Shown piece after piece: positions 23,571 to 36,509 of a DNA stretch of 64,000 nucleotides. The stretch comes from Camelus ferus (Eukaryota), in NCBI RefSeq assembly GCF_009834535.1, contig NC_045698.1, positions 104,718,001-104,782,000 of the forward strand. Direction: 5' to 3'. The position numbers and the translations under genes are program-made. The notes below the pieces were generated by a model. That model saw only the letters and a list, made by a program, of their open reading frames with translations, did no database searches and was not told the DNA's origin. Within the stretch, counting starts at the first letter, position 1, and each line of letters opens with the position of its first letter.

Positions 23571-25519
23571 AAGCCAGAGCCCGAGTTCTGCACCTGTGCA
23601 TGATGACTCTGTGTGAGTAGAACCCATTACTGAATATGCAGATTCTCTTTCCACCCCAGCCCTCTTGGTAGCATAACTGCCTCTAGCAGGGATAGTAGCA
23701 ACCAGACCCAGTCCAGCAAGAAAAATGGCAGACCCCATGTGGCCACCCGGAGAGCCAGTCTTTGGATTACATAGGAGATACTTCTTAGAGATTCCTAAAG
23801 CTATCTGGAAAGAACTGAGAGGAACTGGTGTTTCCACAGAGAGGACAGAAGGGCAGAGTCAGAGACATACGGTCTTGTGGTTGTTATCGTGACCCTATTT
23901 TTATCCCTTCTGGCCTAGGAAATAGTTCTCTACAATGATGTTTAAAGGAAACGGGAAACGTCAAAGAAGTCGCAAGAATAAGATTGTCTCAATCTCACAA
24001 AGCCGTGTTACCTGAGTTTTGACTGTGGAGGAAGAACCTTGAAATTCTGCAGTTGTCTTCAAGTCTAGTGGTGCTGACGACACCTAGAATCAAAAGAAGA
24101 GGGGTTAGGAGAGAACAGCCAGCATAACAATGCTCTGCTATTTCTCCTCCTTGACGGTGAGGTGGAAAGTTAGCTCACTGTTTCCTGAGACTTTGCACGT
24201 ATTGGTGTAAATCACTGCGCCCTCATTCACTCATGAATTGCAAGACTGAGCCCAACAGGGACTGAATACATTGAGTGTCAAGCTGTCTGAGCTGGAGTGA
24301 GAAAGGAACTTGAAGCTCACCTTGTGAAGTGGTTTTAATTTTTGTTTGCTTGTTATCTTTATAATCCCCCCCCCTTTTTCTTTCTACAGATGAGATCTTA
24401 TGCAAAACTCTACCATATAAAAATACAACTGCTCCATGTGAAATGTTCCCTGATGCCCAGCCCTGCAGCCACTGATTGGAGTGCTTTGAGTTGGCTCCAA
24501 GTAAAGGGGCCATGTGATATACTGCCAAACTGGAACACTTTTGCCCATGAAAGGAGCCTCTACTAATAATTGTGCTGTGACAACAGATGTAAACTGAGAC
24601 TGCTCCAGGCAAATCAGAAAGTATGGAACTCTACTTTTAAGGAATATAGTTTGGAAACTGTTGGCTCAGTCCCACCTCTGCATGCAAGAGATGAGGATTA
24701 TAGCCCCCAGACTTTCTGCAACTTTACCCCCTGATGAGAACCAGGAAACTCCAAAGCAGTCAATCCATTGCCTCTGTCTAATCCACCTTGAAATAAACAA
24801 ACTGGGAAATAACTGAATTTTTTTTAAATAAAAATTGAGTTAATGTTGGGCATCTCAAACCTCTGCAATTTCAGTACTACCTTCGTGGGTTTTGCCATAA
24901 CTTATCATCTGTACTAGTATTTACTGCACATTGTTCTTCAAGTCACTTCACCTCTTATACTCAGACATCTACCTTAGCCTCATCCAAAGCAATAAGGTTT
25001 GTGACAATCATGGAGCTTTTGTGCTGGTCATAGTTTTTTCTAATACTCAATGAAACACACACACACAAAATCCTTAAAATGTTCATCTGTGTGCCTTCAA
25101 AATTACCCATATTCCACCTACTGTACTGTATTTTGCAAAGCCCTCACACTTAACAGAACTTTCTGTATTTTAGTAATTAACCATTTTATACTTGTTTCCT
25201 ACAGCTCTGGTCTATACTAGAATCAAGTGTAAGATGACATCTGACTCAGCACAGCTCGAATTTTTTTTAATTTTAAGTTCAACACAGCAATACGCAATCT
25301 TGTTCTGTAAAAAGTGCTATGATTTCTAGGAACTTCACTGCTTACACAAGATGGTCACTTTGCTCCATTCAGTTCAGCCTTCATAATATGGACCTGTGGT
25401 TCAGTTTTAATGTATTGGTTTATAGATGCATTTACGTACAGTTTAGTCATGCAAAAGACTCCTACCAGTTATTTTTGAAAAGGCACATCTCATATGTCAG
25501 CAATAAACCCAGTGACATT

Positions 25520-25700
25520 AAATGATTCTACAAATATTTATTGAGCACCTGCCAGGTGCTAAGTCTTATCCAAACTGAGGAAAGTTAACAGCCTAGAGTT
25601 CTGACCTCAGGTTCCTTCATATTAGCAGGGGAGGCAGGCCAATAAGCAGACATTCACACTAAGAGATGCAATGTGCTATAGTAATGAAGGGTTCGACATC
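25520..25700 (-). mobile_element. L2 3' end
   Basis: CAAATATTTATTGAGCACCTGCCAGGTGCTAAG. Confidence 0.7.
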
Positions 25701-26749
25701 CTCTTCCTGCTGAGCAGCTTAGAAGGAGTGAAGTCCTGTGTTTGGAGCAGGTATAAAAATTATACTCAAGAAATCAAATGGGCAGGAATGGATATTTCTT
25801 TATTTTTCTAACAGAATTTAAACTTCTTTCTGAATCATCCTCCCCTCCAAAAAATATTTGCAGAAATGTATTTAATTTTGTTTTAAACTTAGGACTTTTT
25901 TTTACGCCCAAGGAATAAGCTGAAGCAATGCATAATTGAAATTCCCTATCAGGACTCTTCCCCTCACTCAGAGTTCTCCACTCCCTCTCTGTCCTGCAAC
26001 GAAATCAGGGGAATGGGGAGCAAACATGGCATCATTGGGGTAGGGAGTGAGGAATATCAAAGCTGGGGGGCTTTCTCTCTGGGGCTCCAGGAAACTGTCA
26101 CCAAGCTGAAGTGATCAGTGTTCCCCTCACGCCCATCCCACTCACTCAGGCATCTCCCTTTGGCATTGCTTCTCTACTGCTCTCCTGCCATATGGACAAA
26201 AGTGCCATGCACCTTGCCAAAAATGAAGCTTACATCCTTCCCGTGCCACTTCTTGGCATCTACTCCCTGCTCCAGGGTGTCTCCCAAGCCTTTTGGGGTG
26301 TTTCCACATGCCTCCCACCCTCACCCCAGGTTTTGATATGCCACCCTACCCCCACACTGGCACGGCAGGAGTTGCTCTTATATCATATCCTCATCCTTTT
26401 TAATCCATGGTCGATATAAAATCTATGCTGAGATTTTCCTGGCTTGGCTCTTTACATGTAAGATTCAAGAAATATTCTTTCCCTTTCAGTAAAATAAGTT
26501 CTTTGGTTTTTGTATTTGCAAATGAACAGTGCTTTCCTATCGGATTATGTATTGTTTAACCATGAGCTGTAAAAATTCTAGAAACTTCTGGGCGTTAATT
26601 GAAATAAAAAACAACTGGCTTAGTATTTTTTTAAACACTTTCCCCACAAAACATTCAAAATCATCAAAGTAGTTTTTGTCAGAGATCTGAGTCATTAAAA
26701 CCATCTTCCAGACTTTCTACATTTGAAAAGTTAAGGGCAGAGATAGGCA

Positions 26750-27000
26750 AATTAGTATTTGCTGAGTGTCAACAATACTTAGGCAATGTGCTAATAACAC
26801 ATTCAGCACAAAGAATGTTTTACATTCTCTACTTTCTTTAATCTTCATAATATATCCTTCAGGCAGAAATTATTCCCATTTTACAGAGGAAGAAAAGACT
26901 CAGAAGAGATTATACACTTTCCCAAGTTATCTGGCTACAAGTAATAAAGACAAGACTCACACTTGACACACCTAGTCCCAAAATTCTTTGCTTACTCCCT
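26750..27000 (-). mobile_element. MIR
   Basis: ATTATTCCCATTTTACAGAGGAAGAAAAGACTCAGAAGAG...TTCCCAAGTTATC. Confidence 0.75.
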
Positions 27001-27889
27001 TTCCACAGTAAGCAAAGTACTGTCAGCCTAATGACGTAGGTTAAATTTCACGTCCTGCGTATATTGTTTATAACATATGATGTCCCCTGCAATAATTAAT
27101 GGGTACAGTGTATTTATGACTTTTTTTGATTTGGGAGTAGGCATGATGTATTAACCTCAAATATTAGTGGTATTTGATAGCTGTAGCTTTGCTTTTCAGA
27201 TCTACTGTTGGTCCTACCCTTGACTGGTTTGATGTGGAATCCTTGGTTACCAACAAAGAACCAGTGATAACATTATTGGGGAAATTAAACCTGCTGTTTG
27301 ACAATCTGCTTTTCAACAGTTTCCAGGAGAGCATTACAGTGAAGAGAGGATTTCCTGAGTGGCCCCAACTCAGAGGAGGGGCTGCAAACGCTACTGAGAG
27401 CAGACTTCTTCACTGAGCATGAGGAGCCCCTGGGGGACCCGCGGAGAGACTCATAACTGACATCTGGCAGTTGAGCCGTGAGAGTCACCAGGGGTGAGGG
27501 CTCTGCAAGTGGGTAAAACTTTCTCACTATGAACATCCTCCCTGGCCCTGCAGGGAAGACTGTGATGCAGCTGTCTGCAACAAAGGTAACAGCATCAAGG
27601 AACTATTTCCTAAAGGCTTGGGAGCTGGGACGCTCCAGACCACAGGTGAAACAGCCACTCCATGATTAATGACGTATGACTCATCCACTTCCAGAAAGAA
27701 TCTGAGTGGCCTATGATGATATGGGCAAGGAGCTAGGATTACATACAATGCTTTCCCCATGTTATGCATGCAATCAAAAATCTAAATTGACTCATATTTT
27801 GTAAAATGTACCTTTTTAATAATATAAGCCATACATCGTATATGTATAGATATAAATATAGATACTTGCGTGTCTGTGTGTGTGTGTGT

Positions 27890-28070
27890 TATGGGAGTTA
27901 GTATAGTTCAGAGAAGAAAACTAACCAAAATTAAGATATAGATTATAACACTGGCTTTTCTAGCAACACACTGCAAGTCATTGAATGCTTCTGGGCCTAA
28001 ATTTCCTCAGCTTCAAAGCAAAAATACTAAACTTCTTATAGTGTCAGCTGGTTCACATTAATCATAAGAT
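27890..28070 (+). mobile_element. MIR
   Basis: GCAAGTCATTGAATGCTTCTGGGCCTAAATTTCCTCAGC. Confidence 0.6.
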
Positions 28071-28479
28071 GTACCACATGTTTTTGTGACGAGCTACTTC
28101 ATTCAGTTTCCCCAGAAAGCTAGGTAAGATTGGCCTTTCCCCTGTTCCAAATGCACTTGCCTGCATGACACTTATTGCCAGGGAAATAAAAGAATAATTC
28201 CCATAATTTTAGTAGCTAGTATTTGTCTGTTTCTTTTCATTCACTTTAAGCTCCAAGAGAACAGAGATTGCGCCCCCTTGTTCCTCATTGTCCCCCTGAC
28301 CTGGTGCAGTACTGGCTCATGTGTTTTGGGGGATGAATTAAGATAATAAAAGACAATAACCTGTGAGAAAGATATTAGCTCTGAGATTCTGAAAATCAGC
28401 ACTTTAACACATTAACTCTGATTTGCAACACTCTCACCATTCTTATAAGTCATCTATGACCTCAGCTGTCTAATCCAAA

Positions 28480-28820
28480 AGGCTACCCAACTGAAATGTC
28501 AGTTTTGATCCTTTTGGCCGCCTCTGCAGTTTCCACTACTGGCCATGCCCCTCTTGACCTCCGTGAAGAAGTCCCTTCATCTTTCCCCTGTGTCTCCAAC
28601 TGCTCCTCTGTTTCCTTCCACAACTCTTCCCTCAGGCTTGCCCTACATATGATATTTCCTAGAATTCACCATCTCATCTCTTCGTCCTTCTTTCTTAACC
28701 TAGTCATCCTAGGATGTGAGCATATTGTAATAAATATATTGATTCATCCCAGTATTTACAAGATATGCACCAAAGAGGAGTTCAAATGTCTAGGGGGGAA
28801 ATAATTGTTGAATGAGTGAG
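28480..28820 (+). mobile_element. L2 fragment with 3' tail
   Basis: CCCCTCTTGACCTCC...AATTGTTGAATGAGTGA. Confidence 0.5.
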
Positions 28821-28906
28821 CTGATAAACTTCTATGACTTCAACCACCATCCCGCAGTGTCCCCATACATTGCCAGCTCTCTACCTCTCCCTAGACTCTA
28901 GATCAG

Positions 28907-29324
28907 TGTTTATTCATTTCCTTGGGCTGCCATAACAGATTACCACAAATTGGGAGGATGAAACTAATAGAATGTTATTCTCTCCCAGTTTTGGAGGCCA
29001 GAAGTCTAAAAAATCAAAGTGTTGCAGGGTTTTGTTTCATGCTTCCTTCCTAGCTCCTGGTGATTGCCAGCAATCTTTAGCGTTCTTTGGCTTGAGATGC
29101 ATCACTCCAAACACTGCCTTTCCATCTTCTCTGTGTTTCTATGTCTCCTTTTTTGTCTCTTATAAGGAAACTCTCATTGGACTTGGGTTTACCTTAATCC
29201 AGCATGATCTCATCTCAATCATTATCTTAATTACATCTGAAAAGATCTTTATTCCAAATAAGGTCATATTCTAAGGTCCCAGATGGACATGAATTTGGTA
29301 GGGGACACCATTCAACCCACAACA
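28907..29324 (-). mobile_element. MaLR LTR (MLT1A/B/C group)
   Basis: GGGCTGCCATAACAGATTACCACAAATTGGG...TTGGAGGCCAGAAGTCT...CCAAATAAGGTCATATTC...CCATTCAACCCACAACA. Confidence 0.9.
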
Positions 29325-29760
29325 GTTCACCCTCACCCTTCAAAATTCACATCCGTCCTACATGCAAAATACATTCACTCCACCCTAATATCTCCTAAAG
29401 TCTTCATCCACTCCAGCATCAACCTTAAGTCTCAAATCTCATCCAAATATCATCAACTCAAAAAAGTCCCAAATATCATCAACTCAGAAAAGTCCCAAAT
29501 CTCATAATCTAACTTATTTAAATCAAGCATGGATGATACTATGGATTTCATCCATCTTGGGACAAAATTTCTCTCTATCTGTGTCCCTTTGAAAATAGAA
29601 AATAAGTTATCTGCTCCCAAAATGCAGGGACAGACATAGGAGAGAAATTCTCATTCCTATATGGGGGAAATGGGGAGAAATGAAGTGGTATCTGGTCCCA
29701 AGCAAGTCTGAAACCCAAGGGACAATTTCTATTGAATTTCAAGGCCTGTAAATAATGCTC
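29325..29760 (-). mobile_element. MaLR internal sequence (MLT1-int, 3' part) contiguous with the LTR
   Basis: TCAAAATTCACATCCGTCCTACATGCAAAATACATTCACTCCA...GGTCCCAAGCAAGTCTGAAACCCAA. Confidence 0.8.
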
Positions 29761-29769
29761 TGTTGTTTG

Positions 29770-30600
29770 ATGTTTGATAAATTTGACTATATAGAAATAA
29801 AAAGTCTACATGGCAAAGTAAACTATGAGCAAAATTAAAAGATAAATGACACATTGGAAAAAATGCAACTCATAAGATAAACCACATGTTGTTTCCTTAA
29901 CATATAAAGAGCCTCTGAAAATGATAAAATTAAGACCAACACCTGTTAGAAAAGGGGGCAAAGAATAGGTGCAATATTCAGAGAAAAGGAAATTCTAGTA
30001 ACTCTTGATTATATGAAAAGATGATTAACATCACCCATAAGGAGAGAAAATACACATTTAAACTTTGCCAAGATGAACAATGTGAGCTGGACAGCTTATC
30101 TGGAGAACAAGTTGACAGACCCAAACAAAATGACAAATGGGGCTACTTTTGACCCAGCAATTACACTTCTGGGAATTTATCCTACAAATCAATTAACAGA
30201 CTTGCAAAATGACAAAGAACAAGGTTAATTACTACAGCACTGGTCATGAGAGCAAAACAGTAGAAAATATATGAGTGAACATTAACAGGGAACTGCTTAA
30301 ATAAATCATGGTATATTATGCAGTCACTAAAAAATGAGAAAGCTTTCTATATAAAGACAAAAAATATTCTCCAAGATACATTGCTAAGTGAGGGGAACAA
30401 AGCAGTGTGCAAACTCTGTACAGAGGGTCTAAGTAACATAAGTATATATTTGCACATACATGCATGATGTATCTCTTGAAAGTTGTCCAAGAAACCATTG
30501 ACATTGGTTGCAGAGATCTGGTTGGCCAGGGACCATGGTAACAGGAGTGTTTTCAATCTAAAATTTTTTTATTCCTTTTGAATTTTGAGCACTGAGACAA
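29770..30600 (+). mobile_element. Ancient L1ME ORF2 C-terminus and 3'UTR
   Basis: TTTGACCCAGCAATTACACTTCTGGGAATTTATCCTACA...CTGCTTAAATAAATCATGGTATAT. Confidence 0.75.
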
Positions 30601-31179
30601 GTCTATCTATTATGATTAATTAATTTATTAATTAATTGGATTTTTAAAAAAGTTATTAGAGACTATTAGTTAAGTATGGTAGGTTGTGAATATGATTTAT
30701 GTCTCCACCCTCCTGAAGCCCACTAAATAGACAGTACAAGATATTCCTTCAAAGTAATAAGTCAACAAGGGCAAAAAGAGGAGAAGAGGGGAGAATACAT
30801 GTCTCCACCATGGGAGACCAGCAAAATCTTGGAAGGAGGGAGTAGTGGCTGTGGAACCATCCATCTAGGAACTGGGGTCCCAGGATTTCTGAGTGTGAGA
30901 AAAGGACAGAACCAAAACACAGGCAGAATACTAGAAAGACCAATGGCAGGGTAAGAAGTTTCTGGCCATTCAGAAATACTAAGATAGATAACAGAGGCTG
31001 CAGTTTTAAGAGTTGAAAGTGGTTGGCTCTAGGAATTGGAGCTAAGATTTAAATGACTAGGGCAGAGGACTGTTATTTTTCATTGTAAACTATAGCTTGA
31101 ATTTTTAAACAGTATGCATGTATTATGACTTTGGAAAAAGTGCCTTACGAAGTTATTTTTAGTATTATCCACAATGTCA

Positions 31180-31640
31180 TGCTAATATATTTGAATTTTC
31201 AGTAACATGGGTGAGCCTTTATAAAACCAGAAATGACCAAAAGTGACCAAAAAAGAAATAAGAGGTCTAAACTTACCAAGAAACCAAGGGAAAAGATAGT
31301 TAGTATTACCGGTAATTTTTCATTCAAATTTTCATTTAAAAAACTCCATGTTCTTAAATAACAAGAAAATTATTATAAGCAATTCATTTTATTATGAAAC
31401 TATTCTAAATTGAATCTATGCATATAGGATTCATCCATATGGTAAGATAATTATTTTCTGTGATTAAACACATTTTATCCTATCATAGAAAAACTGGAAA
31501 AATTCAAAGAAAAATACTAATGCAAGGAAAGTAAAGGAAAGCAAAAACTATCAGAAAGACTTCTGACAAAATTCTCTATCAACCTTTGACAGAAATCAGA
31601 CGGGTACTGGAAATAAAAGGAAAAATAAGATATGTTTTCT
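31180..31640 (+). mobile_element. Decayed L1M ORF2 remnants
   Basis: A-rich sequence with degenerate L1 motifs (AAAGAAATAGAGGTCTAAAC; AGAAAGACTTCTGACAAAATTC). Confidence 0.4.
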
Positions 31641-32947
31641 ATCCTTCAGGAATTATGATATTTTAATATTAAAAAAAGGTAAAATGGATTGTTATTTAAC
31701 ATGCAAAAGAACATTTGATTAAAAAATTAATATTAAAATCATCTACTCATTGAGCAAATAACTATGGAATGATGTCTGTGACTCAGACACTCTTGGGAAG
31801 TGAATTGGGTAATGATGAGTAAGACCCTGGCCCTGAATTCAATAATTACGATCATCATCACAGTCATTATCACAATGGCAGACATTTCTTGAGCAATCCT
31901 AACATACTAAAGCTGAAAACCTTACATAGCAATAGTAACCAGAAGCTCCTCAGTTGTAATGAAAAAAGCAAGTAGGTAGATGAGACAGACTGGCAGGTCA
32001 CTGGATCACAGGTGAGAGAACTGAGGGAACTGAGAGAGAACTTGTAGTAGTCAGGGAAAGGAGAGTCAGAGTTAGGAATTCTGGAGGTGGAGCAGTTACA
32101 GGTGAGGTCAGGTACTAGATGGCACATAGCAACGTGATACATGCATCCTGAGAAAATGAAAACTACCCAAATGCCCCAAATTAGAGTAAAATGAAATCTA
32201 CTGTGGCACATTAAAGCAATGAAATACTATGTAGCCATGAAAAGGACTATAAGGGCCATAAAGATGTGTATAAAGATAATGCCAAGTGAAAAAATAAAGA
32301 GACTGCATAATCCTAAGGATTAGGACTGAATAAAATCTCCTTTTGCACACTGACAATTATAGGAAGAAATCAAAGACAAGGGGCTAATAACTTCAAAGAT
32401 GCTTTGTTTTTTTTTCATCCCCTTGTCGTGTTATGTAAGCACATACGTTTTTTTAAGAAGAAAGAATATGTGTGGCTACTCCTAAATGATCTCCTCTGCT
32501 AAATCAGAAGAGACCAGTCATGAGTCTAGAGTTTGCAAAGGTAACTTGCTTTGCTTTCTTAACTCTTGGGCCCACAATTAGCTATGCCTTATGCAAGGCT
32601 GAGGAAGCATTTATAAGTAAGACAGTTCTAATAAACTTCTTTTCAAGTCTCAGTCCAGAAATGCCTGCACATATCTGAAACAGAGAGGAAAAATGAACAA
32701 ACTTACTGCTTTACCTTGAATATCAATGAGTTTGTAAAGTTGGAAGACAGTCTAAAAATTCAGTTTAGTGGATTTTAAATTCTGTCCCACAGAGATGGCT
32801 TGAGGATCACCTTTGGGAGAAAGGGGTGAGAAAGTGGACAGGCAAACTCAGTTCCTTTGTCTCTACCTGCCACCCACACTTCCCTCTGGTGCTTCAAACA
32901 CACAAATAATTCAACCAGAGCAGTTTTACTAATATCTGCTTCATGTG

Positions 32948-33137
32948 CTGTGGTTTCCAAACCTGGTAGGATATGAGAATCCAATGGGAAGATTTTACAA
33001 CATACAGAGTCCTAGAATAGACTCCTCATCCCAGACCTATTGAATCAGAATTTCTAATAACAGAGCCCAGCAATCAGAATCACTTTAAAGCTCTTCATGT
33101 AATTCTGCTGCAATCCAAATACAGAAAATTTCTCTAC
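32948..33137. mobile_element. MER5-type hAT-Charlie MITE
   Basis: CTGTGGTTTCCAAACCTGG...CCAGACCTATTGAATCAGAATTTCT...GCCCAGCAATC...TAATTCTG. Confidence 0.75.
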
Positions 33138-33769
33138 AGAGTACTGGAAAGAAAGACATATGGCCTTTGCTGAAATGTTTCCAGTTGTGGGAGCTTCTTC
33201 CCCACAGAAAGTATTTTTAATTACTAAAAGAGAATTAACTTCCCACGGAGCTGAACTCACTCTCTTTTCACCTTCTCATGCTACACAGAACCAGTGAGCG
33301 CCCTCATTCCCAGGACAGGTAAGGTGACAAAAGCTGGCTGCCCCCGACAGTAGAGCTGTCATTCTTTCTTTTGCTAACCAGTCCCATCCACTTTGCCATA
33401 ATGGTCAACCAGATTCAAGATCAATCACAATTCCTCAACTTCTGGCCAGAGTTGTTGATCCAAGCCAATCCAGTCAGAGTACTTCTCCAAGATTTTTTTT
33501 AAAACTAAAGCCAGAATTGAGAATCTTCTCTCTGAAGCCATGGGGCTAGGAAAATATAAATCTAGGGCCACTGATGGCCATGTCTTTGACCTCATTGTAG
33601 TGGATGCTGTGATGGGCCAACAGATATGCCACCATATTCAGGACTGATAAATTGCATTTACTGCTTCAAGTATCATGAGCGTTGCCTGCTGGAGGCTCAC
33701 AACTGAGTCTTTCCTCTGAGCAAAGGGAACTGCCCTGAACATGCTTATGCCCTCTCCAGGTGTAGCCAA

Positions 33770-34028
33770 GCCCACATGCAGTGACTGTGAAATGTAAAGC
33801 TCTGGCTCCTGTGTCTGAATCCAGGACAACCCTGAAGAGCTCTCCCGGCTTCAGATCCCTCCACAGGGTAAGTGGACTGATGCCTCTGTTATGAGAGCAG
33901 AGTATCCCAACATGTCCCTCCACCCAATCCCACCTCCTTCACTCCTCCACAAATGTTGTTTCGAAAAACACTCCAAACAAATCTCCACCTTAGAGTCCGC
34001 TTTTCCAGAAAACCCAGCCTACGTCACT
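33770..34028 (+). mobile_element. ERVL LTR16-like 3' portion
   Basis: CCCAATCCCACCTCCTTCACTCC...AAATCTCCACCTTAGAGTCCGCTTTTCCAGAAAACCCAGCCTACGTCA. Confidence 0.65.
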
Positions 34029-36509
34029 ATGGAGGAATCCCAACTGTAGAAGGAGGAAATGGGGCTGTGCAGTGACAGCTGAGATGGGAGACACCCAGAG
34101 TGAACTAATAAACTGGTGGCTCCCCAGCTTTCTTCTCCCGGACTCTCCAATTGTGCATCATCATCATCACACATCGTTCCAAACATCTCACCGTCCTGAT
34201 CACGTGATGCTCAGAGTGCAATTGCCCATATGTGGATGTGTTAAAGTATGGAGAAACTGTACACTCATTGTACTTCCATTAATTTAGCCAAAGATTAGCT
34301 CAGCTTTTTTGCAGTCCAAAAATTCAGTTGGTTTATTAGAGCTTATGTTTATCAAAGACTCCTACATCACTTTCTGTCAAGCCAGCTCCCCCTCTCTGCA
34401 TCCAAACATCATTTTACTCTTCTCAAAAAGCTGCCTCAACTTTATGACTGGCAATATTTCTTACCCCTTCTAAATACAAGCTCCAAACATGAGCCAAGAT
34501 ATGAAAGGGTTGGGGGAGGAGGGGAGGTGGGGAGGGTTTTTCTTTTTCAGTTTATAATATGAAAGTAAGTATTGTGAACACACTTTTTTTTTCAAAACTG
34601 CACACAATGTTCACCCATCCCATGTTCAGTCTCCTTGAGAATTTTAGGGGACATCTCTTTTATGGTGACTTGAAGTTCTTATAGTTCTTATTTGGAACTT
34701 CTACTCATATCTAATGTGTGTTGTGAAAGTAACAGAAGTCCCAGAGACATTCACTTTTCCAGTAATGTAGCTATATTTGACAATTAGATGCCTTGGTGAT
34801 CAAGACCTTGGTGAGAAAACTGAAGTGATGACAGATCTGGGACAGGTTTATTTTCTTTAATATCTAATTATGAAATGTTTGGAGCTAAATGGGACGTTAG
34901 AGACCATCTAGAGCCTAAATGGCAGACACCCCGCTCCCCTGACACTCTTACCCCTGGAGCCAGTGGGGGACCCAGTGCTCTGCATACAGAGACCCAGTAC
35001 TGTCACTTTCCCAAAGGATCTTCTTCCCCGGGGCCCAAATCAGACCCCATAATTCTCAGCATCTCACATCAGACAGCAACTACCAATTAGCTGATTCTGG
35101 CAAACTAGATGAACTTTATTTTCTTTATCTATCCTAATCAATCTGATCTCTTAAAGTAGTGAAATCACTGACCCAAATTTATATCATGGTTAATAACTGA
35201 GCTTAAACTCCTGATTCCCGATTCAGTGTTCTCTCCATCTGCCCCTTTCCGAAAATTCTCCAGTCTTTTCAACTATTATAAATCTGCAAACCGATCATCA
35301 ATGCAGAATGCTGGCATAACTTCAACAGGTACGTCTTCCATTACTGAACATCTACGTAGCCATTGCTCATCATTCCATGACGCATATGAGAACACGGAGG
35401 CCATCCAGAGGAGAAAAAGTGGTGGAGCTAGGCGTCAAACACTTCAATGATAATAATAAAATGCTAAGACAAATAGAAACATGCCTTGTACTCAGTGACT
35501 CATTGCTCTAAGCTAATACCAGAATGGCCCCACCTCACTATTAAAAACTTGAGAGAGAGGGGGGAAAATACAATTCCATATATGTCTGTCTCTTTGGTAA
35601 CCACAACAACCACCCATAAATGGGAAGTGACTCTTGACCAATGGTTTTGTTTGAGTTTGAAGCCATCCCTCTGGTTCCTGAGCTATCACTTGGAGCCTTA
35701 GAGAAGCAAGTAAGTGGCCCTTGGGGTATTTGGTCCCCTTGAAAATTCTAGATCTCTCTAGCACCAGCACTATTTTCCCCATGCCAGCAGGATGGCAGAG
35801 CTGTAGGCAGGATGGAAAACAACTAGCTGGCATGATGTGTCCTGGGAGCCAGTCAGAAATTACAGGATGATGTGTCAGGATCCAGGAAAAGATGGGCTGT
35901 GATGATTGTATCATGCTTTCTCCTTGGCACAGGAAGAACACACCTGAATCTCCATCCTCCACCCCAGAGGGTCTGAATGCGAAAGAAGAATGAACCTGAG
36001 GGATATAAGACACAATCCCACCACTTAACAAATGAGAATGAGGCCCAGAGAGTGGAAGACATGAAGCTGAGGTCACACAGCAAAGATAGCTGATGTTTCT
36101 AAGAGCAGGTTCTTTGAGGAGTAAAAAGAAAGGAGCTAGGAACATGAAAACAATGGAAGCAGTGCTAAAGGGAAATGATTAATGCAGTGAAACACCACTT
36201 GGCCTTTATAGATCTACTCTCCATGGAAAGCAGAAGTCCCATCCCTAGCCCCTACCCGGCCAATGGGTCTCCCTTCTTCCCCAGCTGACTCTTACGAGGC
36301 AGAATGCTAGCTACAAAGTGACTCACCTTGGAAACAGACTTTGTGACTCAGTCTTCACTTTCTGACCACTAAAACAAAAGACTTTAGGGAATTTTACTAT
36401 TCTATGACAAGATGGCGAGAGAAGGGTCCTCCTTGCGTTAAAGATAAACAGGTAGTTTGTGGATCAGCTGAGAGATTGCATGAAATAAAAGAGGAAGTAA
36501 TTCATAATT

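Noticed and set aside
35513-36145. Longest ORF (210 aa, minus strand)
   Set aside because: It has a non-ATG start, overlaps a MIR fragment, has the L/S/F/P-rich composition of random antisense sequence and shows no recognisable domain.
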